Below, in pieces: positions 58,339-64,000 of a stretch of 64,000 nucleotides of DNA; positions within the stretch are counted from its first letter, which is position 1, and each line of letters begins with the position of its first letter. The notes below the pieces were generated by a model. The model searched no databases, was not told the origin of the DNA, and saw only the letters and a list, made by a program, of their open reading frames with translations. Both the position numbers and the translations under genes were made by a program. This DNA comes from Planctomycetota bacterium (GTDB taxonomy: Bacteria; Planctomycetota; GCA-002687715; DRQF01), in the NCBI GenBank assembly GCA_011369445.1, contig DRQF01000212.1, forward strand, positions 16,099 through 80,098, read 5' to 3'.

Positions 58339-59337
58339 TCACTTGCGTGCAAGCTCTTTTTTCAGCCAGCTCTCGACGCGGGGCAAGGCGGCCATGACCA
58401 ACGTTCCGACGCGCTCGAGAGACTTTGCGGAACAGTGTTCCACGGTGTCCGCCGGCTTGTGCCAATAGCTGTTCCCGGGTCCGTAGTCGAAGTCGATGAG
58501 GTCGATCACTCGAGACATCCCGGCTTCCTTGAAGGGAATGTGGTCGTCCTGGATTTCCTTCATCCCACCGAAGATGTCGATCCCGAAGACATCCTTGGCC
58601 GTCTGCGTGAACAGGTCATTGAGGTCGGGGTGAGAGGATTTCTCGTAGACGAGTTCCAAGTCCGCATCGCCGACCATGTCGAGGAGGATGACCGTCTGGA
58701 TGGGGAATCGGTCGCTCTGATTCGCCAAGCGGCGACTTCCGTAGCAATTGTCGGGAACCTCTTCGTACTTGGCCCGCCAATCGACGACGGCCTCCTCGCC
58801 GTCGAGAAACGCGAAGACATAGGTGAAGGCCCGCTCGTCCTTGCTCTTCGCGCGGAGTTGCCGCGCCAACTCGAGGGTGAGAGCGACACCGCTGCAACCG
58901 TCGTTCGCACCCACGAAGGTCTCACTCATCATCTTCGTGTCGTAGTGACATGCGATGGCGATCATCTCCGGACGTTGCCCGGGTAGAGTCGCGAGGATGT
59001 TCTTCATGGTCGTCGTGCGCAGCCCGCCGCCGTTCAGTCGTGGGATCTTCTGGGTCCAGGAATCGGTGATGATGTCCCGTGCTTCGAATCCGGCCTCCCT
59101 GAGTTTCGAACGAATCAGACGGCGCCCCGATGCCAAGGCTTCGCGACGAGCGGGAAGATGGCTCATGCCGCCCAGATTCGCGAACTCGGTCAGGTCCGCG
59201 AAAGCCCGCTGGGCGTTCACGAGGGGCTTCCAGTCCTTTTCCTTCGGAGCTGGAGCATCGTTCGCGGAGTCTCCGCCGCAGCCCGCAACGAGCAGGAACG
59301 CGGCCAATGTCAGCCAAAGATGAAAGATGCGGGGCAT
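58339..59337 (-). CDS. M28-family peptidase / glutaminyl-cyclase-like lipoprotein
   Basis: Signal peptide plus lipobox (LLVAGCGG). M28-type metal ligands are present (HYDT, FLDGEE, DDH). Confidence 0.7.
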   Translation of the reverse strand: MPRIFHLWLTLAAFLLVAGCGGDSANDAPAPKEKDWKPLVNAQRAFADLTEFANLGGMSHLPARREALASGRRLIRSKLREAGFEARDIITDSWTQKIPRLNGGGLRTTTMKNILATLPGQRPEMIAIACHYDTKMMSETFVGANDGCSGVALTLELARQLRAKSKDERAFTYVFAFLDGEEAVVDWRAKYEEVPDNCYGSRRLANQSDRFPIQTVILLDMVGDADLELVYEKSSHPDLNDLFTQTAKDVFGIDIFGGMKEIQDDHIPFKEAGMSRVIDLIDFDYGPGNSYWHKPADTVEHCSAKSLERVGTLVMAALPRVESWLKKELARK

Positions 59338-59506
59338 CGTGTCCTCCTGAGGTTGGGGTGGCCCGAAGAGCCTACCCTCTTCGGGCTATGATCGGTCGCA
59401 CGCCGAGATCACGATTCGCCTCCGTGAATGCGTTCATGGAGCACGTCGCCTCGGAGCGGCAGACTCATGATGGCCCCGGAGAGCGAATTTTTGAACGACG
59501 TACTGG

Positions 59507-60370
59507 ATGTCCATGGCTGACCATACGACCCGAAGCCTGTCCGAAGAAGTCCCAGACATCTGCCGAACCTGTCGGTTCGGGTCCGGAGAGCGACGAGAAT
59601 GCACCCTCATTCTGGCTTCCGACGTCGCCCGGCTCATCGAGGAGGGCCCGTGCGGCATCGCCGAAGAAGTGGAGGCGAGGACGAAGGCCTACCTCGGTCG
59701 CCGATTCCCCTCTCAGCTTCCTGCCGCCGCCGATGTGGCGCAAGAGGTGCTCTTGAAGTTTCTGGAGACCGGGGCGGAACTTCGCGGCGACGCCCTGGGG
59801 ACCCTCCCCGCCCTCCGCCGGTGGATGGGCCGGTTCCTGGGAAACGCTGTCATCGACCACCTGAGAAAGACGCGCGCCATCACCCGGCTGCGGTGTGGTG
59901 CCTGCGAGCACATGACACTTTCCCAGCCGGCTCGCTGCACCCTGGAGTTTCTGGGTGATCCCACCCTCGAATTGCACCCGAACCCCTGGTGGGGTCGCAA
60001 GGTGCGTCGATCCACCGATCCTCGTCAACTCGACCCTCGCTGCGAGGAGTTCTCGTGGCGCCGTCCGGAGACCTTCGACATTTTCGAGAAGGAGGCTCTC
60101 CACCGACCTCGCGATGACGATCCTCGCGCCGAGGCCGCACGGCGGGTCATCTTGGCGTTGGACGCCGTCGCGGCTCGACAACCCGCTGGCCTCGGTGAGG
60201 CGGCACTTCTCGCGCGGCACTATTTGCGTGGCGACACCGTCGCGGACCTGGCCTCCAAAGCGGGAGTCTCCGAGAAAACGATCCAGCGGCGGCTGGCGGC
60301 CGGACGAGCTCAGCTTCTCCAAGTCCTTCGTTCAGAGCTGGGTGACGACGCTCTCGAGGAGCTTCTTTGA
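59507..60370 (+). CDS. ECF-type sigma factor with cysteine-rich insertions
   Basis: Sigma region 2-like segment (VAQEVLLKFL...FLGNAVIDHLRK) and a region 4 HTH (LLARHYLRGDTVADLASKAGVSEKTIQRRL). They are separated by a ~130-aa Cys-containing insert. Confidence 0.55.
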   Translation: MSMADHTTRSLSEEVPDICRTCRFGSGERRECTLILASDVARLIEEGPCGIAEEVEARTKAYLGRRFPSQLPAAADVAQEVLLKFLETGAELRGDALGTLPALRRWMGRFLGNAVIDHLRKTRAITRLRCGACEHMTLSQPARCTLEFLGDPTLELHPNPWWGRKVRRSTDPRQLDPRCEEFSWRRPETFDIFEKEALHRPRDDDPRAEAARRVILALDAVAARQPAGLGEAALLARHYLRGDTVADLASKAGVSEKTIQRRLAAGRAQLLQVLRSELGDDALEELL

Positions 60371-60423
60371 GAAAAATCGTCCCCCGGCCCACTTTTGTCC
60401 GTCGTTCCCCTCGAAGGTGATCC

Positions 60424-61359
60424 ATGCCACCCACTTTGGATGAAAAACTCGATGCATTCTTGGCGGATCTTGCCAAGGAACCTCTCGTCCAGCGGTTGAA
60501 CGAGCGGGCGGAGGACGCGGGCCATCTTTCCGAAGATCAGTTGACGGCTCTCTTCGAGGGAACTGTTTCGGATGAGGAAGCCGAGCCTCTTCGCCGTCAT
60601 CTCCTTTTTTGTGACGTCTGCAGCACCATTCCCCTCGAGGGGGTCGAGGAGGCCGTCGAGGAGAGCGGCGGCAAGTCATCCGTCCTCGTGGGACGCCCTC
60701 CGTCGGCGCCGCCCCTCGACGGCCGGCGTCGCGTGCTTTGGCTCCTGGCCTCCGGGGTCGGCGGTGTGGCCGTCGCGGGGGGGGCACTTTGGTGGCTCCG
60801 AAGGCAGGAGCGGAAGGGAGTTCGAGAAGAGCCGAAGCCGGCGGGTTTGAGCTACTCTTTCTGCGAGCGCGTCGCTCTTTCCCCGGATGGCGGGGAAAGG
60901 GAAGGGGATCCTCGCGGCGACGAGACCTTGGCGGTCGCCTTCTCCACCGACGGCGCTCCTGAGTCCCACACCTATGTGCTCTTGCTGCGCAGGGACGGGC
61001 ACCTGCAAATCGTGGCGCCGGTGCGGGGCGAGACCGCGGTGGCGGCCCCCAGTGGCGTCCTCCACTGGACGCCTCCAGCCGCCGCGCCCGACGCCCAACC
61101 GCGCCGCGGTTGGGCGGCCGAAGAGCTGGGTGTGGGATGGGATGAGGAGTTCGCGTTGCTTCTTCTGAGCTCCTCCCACCCGGTTCCCGAATTGGAGGGG
61201 CCGATCGCCGTGACCTCCACGCTTCCCATTCTCGGCCGCGATCTTCTCGCGCCCAAGCGCCCTTTGGGTGCGTCGGAATTCGCCGACTTCGCTCGTCGCG
61301 TTCAATCCGCGGGTCTCGTCGAGGTTGTGCGACTGATCGTGACCCGCTGGGCCCCATGA
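60424..61359 (+). CDS. Putative anti-sigma factor (ZAS-like HxxxCxxC) with a transmembrane segment
   Basis: RRHLLFCDVCS zinc-anti-sigma motif, a TM helix (WLLASGVGGVAVAGGALWW), and a C-terminal domain of unknown function. Confidence 0.5.
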   Translation: MPPTLDEKLDAFLADLAKEPLVQRLNERAEDAGHLSEDQLTALFEGTVSDEEAEPLRRHLLFCDVCSTIPLEGVEEAVEESGGKSSVLVGRPPSAPPLDGRRRVLWLLASGVGGVAVAGGALWWLRRQERKGVREEPKPAGLSYSFCERVALSPDGGEREGDPRGDETLAVAFSTDGAPESHTYVLLLRRDGHLQIVAPVRGETAVAAPSGVLHWTPPAAAPDAQPRRGWAAEELGVGWDEEFALLLLSSSHPVPELEGPIAVTSTLPILGRDLLAPKRPLGASEFADFARRVQSAGLVEVVRLIVTRWAP

Positions 61360-61501
61360 GTTCACCTCCGAGAGCTCGGGCTCTCGGAGGTGGAACGGGT
61401 TGGCGCCCTCGAAGCGGGCTCGCGAAGGGAAAGAGTGGGCAACGGCGCCGAAGAAGGGGTCGGCTTCCGCCAATCCGTTCATAGCGCGGCTCCGAATCTT
61501 C

Positions 61502-62965
61502 TTACGAGGATTCTCGAATTCGAGTCCACGTCGAACCGTCGGGCGAATCGTGAATCTCGATTCCCATCTCGGCGAGCTGATCTCGGATGTAGTCCGAGAG
61601 ATCCCACTGCTTCTGATCCCGCAAACGAGAGCGGAGATCGAGGAGGAAGTCCGCCAACCGTTCGGTCAGCCCGTCGTCGGCCCCCTCTCCATTCTCTCCG
61701 CCGAGTACTCCTAGAACATCCCCGGCGTGGCGGCGGAGTACATCGGCCGCGGCGCCCGCCGCTTCTCCCAGGGCGCCCTCCGCGAGGGCCCTGTTCGACG
61801 CCGTGACGAGTTCGAAAAGCACGGAGAGGGCAACCGGTGTGTTGAAGTCGTCGTCCATGGCGGCTTTCGCTCGTGCGTCCGCTTCGCTGGCCGCCCGAAA
61901 GAGGGCTTCGTTCGCGGCGGCATGGCCGTCGGTGGATGTGGACGCCTCTTCGAGTCGTGCGAGGGTTTGGGTCATGCGGTCCACCCCCGCCTCGGCGGCC
62001 GCCATCCCCTCCTTGGTGTAGTTGGACGGCCGAGAGTAGTGGGTTTGCAACAAGAAGAGTCGCAAGGCCTGGGCCCGGTAATCCTGAAGAACATCCTTGA
62101 TGAGGATGGCGTTGCCGAGCGACTTGCCCATCTTCTGACCGTCCACTTGGATCATGTTGTTGTGGATCCAGTAGCGCGCGAAGTCGCCGTCACCCGCGGA
62201 GCGAGCCTGAGCGATTTCGCATTCGTGATGCGGAAACTTGTTCTCCATGCCTCCGCCGTGAATGTCGAAGGTGCCTCCCAGATACTTTGTCGCCATGGCG
62301 GAGCACTCGATGTGCCACCCTGGATATCCTTCGCCCCACGGACTGGGCCAGCGCATGATGTGGCCCGTCCCCTCGGCGCTCTTCCAAAGGGCGAAATCGC
62401 GGGGATCCTTTTTCTCGCTGCGGACATCCACGCGAGCTCCCTCGATGAGTTCTTCGGCTCTTCGACCCGAGAGGCACCCGTACTCGGGCCACGACGAAAC
62501 ATCGAAATAGACGTTGCCGTTGACTTCATAAGCGTGTCCGGCCGCAAGGATCCGCTTGATCTGCTCGATCTGCTCGATGATGTGCTGTGTGGCGCGCACG
62601 TAGAAGTTGGGATGAGCGATTCCCAAGGCTTCCATGTCCGAGAAATACGAGCGCATGTAGGTGTCCACATACTCCAGGGGGTGGACCCGACCGGAGCGGG
62701 CGGCCTTCTCGATCTTGTCGTCACCCTCGTCGGCATCGTCCGTGAGATGCCCGACGTCCGTGATGTTCTGAACGTAGAGAACGTCGAATGCGGACGCTCG
62801 AAACCACTTCACGATCACATCGAACGTCACGTAGCTCTTGGCGTGACCCACGTGGGAGTGCCCGTACACCGTGGGGCCGCAGACGTAGATTCCGACCCGA
62901 CCCGGCTCGACCGGCACGAACTCTTCCTTTTTCCGCGTCAACGAATTCTGGATCATGATCGGCAT
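61502..62965 (-). CDS. cysS: Cysteinyl-tRNA synthetase
   Basis: Starts at [20 protein letters not shown] motif ([12 protein letters not shown]), KMSKS, and zinc-binding Cys. The upstream 145-aa ORF extension is rejected. Confidence 0.9.
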   Translation of the reverse strand: MPIMIQNSLTRKKEEFVPVEPGRVGIYVCGPTVYGHSHVGHAKSYVTFDVIVKWFRASAFDVLYVQNITDVGHLTDDADEGDDKIEKAARSGRVHPLEYVDTYMRSYFSDMEALGIAHPNFYVRATQHIIEQIEQIKRILAAGHAYEVNGNVYFDVSSWPEYGCLSGRRAEELIEGARVDVRSEKKDPRDFALWKSAEGTGHIMRWPSPWGEGYPGWHIECSAMATKYLGGTFDIHGGGMENKFPHHECEIAQARSAGDGDFARYWIHNNMIQVDGQKMGKSLGNAILIKDVLQDYRAQALRLFLLQTHYSRPSNYTKEGMAAAEAGVDRMTQTLARLEEASTSTDGHAAANEALFRAASEADARAKAAMDDDFNTPVALSVLFELVTASNRALAEGALGEAAGAAADVLRRHAGDVLGVLGGENGEGADDGLTERLADFLLDLRSRLRDQKQWDLSDYIRDQLAEMGIEIHDSPDGSTWTRIRESS

Positions 62966-62967
62966 GG

Positions 62968-63750
62968 TTAGGCGTCTCCGTGTCCGCCACTCAACAGCCG
63001 CGCGCCCCCGTCCAGGGGAACGATCGAACCCGTCAGAAAACCGGAATTGGGGCCGAGCAGGAAAAGAACGGCGCGGGCGACGTCCTTGGCGCGTCCGAGC
63101 CGCCGCAGAGGATGGGCCCGAAGGAGTTCGTCGAAGGACTTCCCTCCCTCCGGGCGTTTCTTCCACGCCTGCCTCCAGGTTTCGGTCTCGATGACCCCCA
63201 GGGTGACCGAGTTCACCCGAATCCCGGCCGGCCCGAGATCCGTCGCCAGCGCTCGCGTGAGTCCCCAAAGGGCGCCTGACAGCGTGGCGCCGAATGCCTG
63301 TCCGTAACCGGGTTGCCTCGGGTCGAGGGGCAAGAGGTTGACGATGCTCCCATTCTCGGACTTCGCAAGGAACGGCGCGGCATGACGGCAAACGGCCCAA
63401 GCCGCCTGGAGAGGTCGACTCACACTCGCGTTCCAGGCCTCGACGGTTCCGTCGAGCGCGCCGCGCGGAGAGACATCAGGGAGGACGTTGACGAGACCGT
63501 CAATCGCGCCGAATGACATGACGGCTTCCGACGCCAGGGCCTGGGCGGAGGCGTCGTCGTCCCCTTCCATGTGCAGAAAACTCGCCCGGCCACCCCGTGA
63601 CTCGATGGCTTCCACGAAGCGTGCCCCTTCTTCCGCGTCGCGCCCCCCCGCCGCGATGGCCGCCCCGTCTTCGGAGATCCGTCGGGCCAAGCTGCGAGAA
63701 AGCTCTCCCAGCGCTCCGTGGACGACGATGACCTGATCTTGGTCCGCCAT
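62968..63750 (-). CDS. Short-chain dehydrogenase/reductase family protein
   Basis: SDR fold pattern, with an atypical Gly-rich NAD-binding region and a catalytic YxxxK-like segment. Confidence 0.7.
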   Translation of the reverse strand: MADQDQVIVVHGALGELSRSLARRISEDGAAIAAGGRDAEEGARFVEAIESRGGRASFLHMEGDDDASAQALASEAVMSFGAIDGLVNVLPDVSPRGALDGTVEAWNASVSRPLQAAWAVCRHAAPFLAKSENGSIVNLLPLDPRQPGYGQAFGATLSGALWGLTRALATDLGPAGIRVNSVTLGVIETETWRQAWKKRPEGGKSFDELLRAHPLRRLGRAKDVARAVLFLLGPNSGFLTGSIVPLDGGARLLSGGHGDA

Positions 63751-63751
63751 G

Positions 63752-63988
63752 TCAGGGTTGCTCGACGGGGACCTGGATCTGACGAATCATCCGGTCTGGA
63801 GTGAAGAACACTTCGATGACCGGTCCCGTGGATTTCAATCCCGCCTTGGTGATGGCTCGTTTCAGCGAAGCGATCACTGTGGTTCTGTCCTCGTCCCCGG
63901 AAAACGTGCGTTCAAAGCATGGGTGGGGCGTCAATGTCTTGAAACCCATGGATTTCGGCGGTCGGGTCGAGGGCTCCGTGTGCGGCAA
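63752..63988 (-). CDS. Hypothetical small protein, possibly truncated by the window edge
   Basis: 78-aa ORF with no recognisable motif. Confidence 0.25.
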   Translation of the reverse strand: MPHTEPSTRPPKSMGFKTLTPHPCFERTFSGDEDRTTVIASLKRAITKAGLKSTGPVIEVFFTPDRMIRQIQVPVEQP

Positions 63989-64000
63989 GGGGCCTACGGC

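Noticed and set aside
61727-62971. 414-aa ORF antisense to cysS
   Set aside because: cysS on the minus strand has HIGH and KMSKS motifs. The antisense ORF is an artefact.
62966-63400. 145-aa N-terminal extension of the cysS ORF
   Set aside because: Arg/Pro-rich and overlapping the SDR gene. The CysS homology begins at [16 protein letters not shown].

Overview
This is a high-GC (roughly mid-60s % by eye) bacterial chromosomal window that includes the replication-origin neighbourhood. I could not place the organism from sequence alone. Coding density is high, with many stop/start overlaps, and I found no transposase, integrase, CRISPR array or tRNA gene.

Main gene content, in order:
- A purM 3' fragment, then two lipoproteins, a standalone HNH endonuclease and a membrane-anchored cyclophilin.
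- parB and parA on the minus strand, with a parS-like palindrome 15 bp upstream of parA. The ParA Walker A box is degenerate.
- Two metallophosphoesterases in convergent orientation.
- A novel protein carrying a C-terminal HPr phosphocarrier domain. It is transcribed divergently from a WbaP-type polyprenyl-phosphate sugar transferase, which is followed by a sigma-70 family factor.
- A seven-gene, translationally coupled operon: hemW, pabA/trpG, pyrF, a SAM-dependent methyltransferase, and bshC-bshB-bshA. This is a complete bacillithiol pathway plus a candidate N-methylase.
- An orphan mglA gliding-motility GTPase and a cysteine desulfurase.
- dnaA, a candidate oriC carrying a perfect DnaA box, dnaN, a DUF721/DciA-like gene in the position recF usually occupies, and gyrB.
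- An HDOD-GGDEF cyclase and tatA.
- A KDO/LPS-transport locus on the minus strand: kdsD, kdsC, a giant 940-aa LptC/LptA-like protein, and an LptD-like outer-membrane protein.
- A site-2 protease, scpA and argR.
- fmt and rsmB.
- A REC-GGDEF regulator and two large hybrid sensor kinases, rnd, a secreted HEAT/vWA protein and an M28 peptidase.
- An ECF sigma / anti-sigma pair, then cysS and an SDR.

The strongest candidates for new biology are these four:
- the HPr-fusion protein next to the polysaccharide-priming transferase;
- the giant LptC/LptA-like periplasmic bridge protein;
- the methyltransferase fused into the bsh operon, which may make N-methyl-bacillithiol;
- the ATPase-dead-looking ParA.
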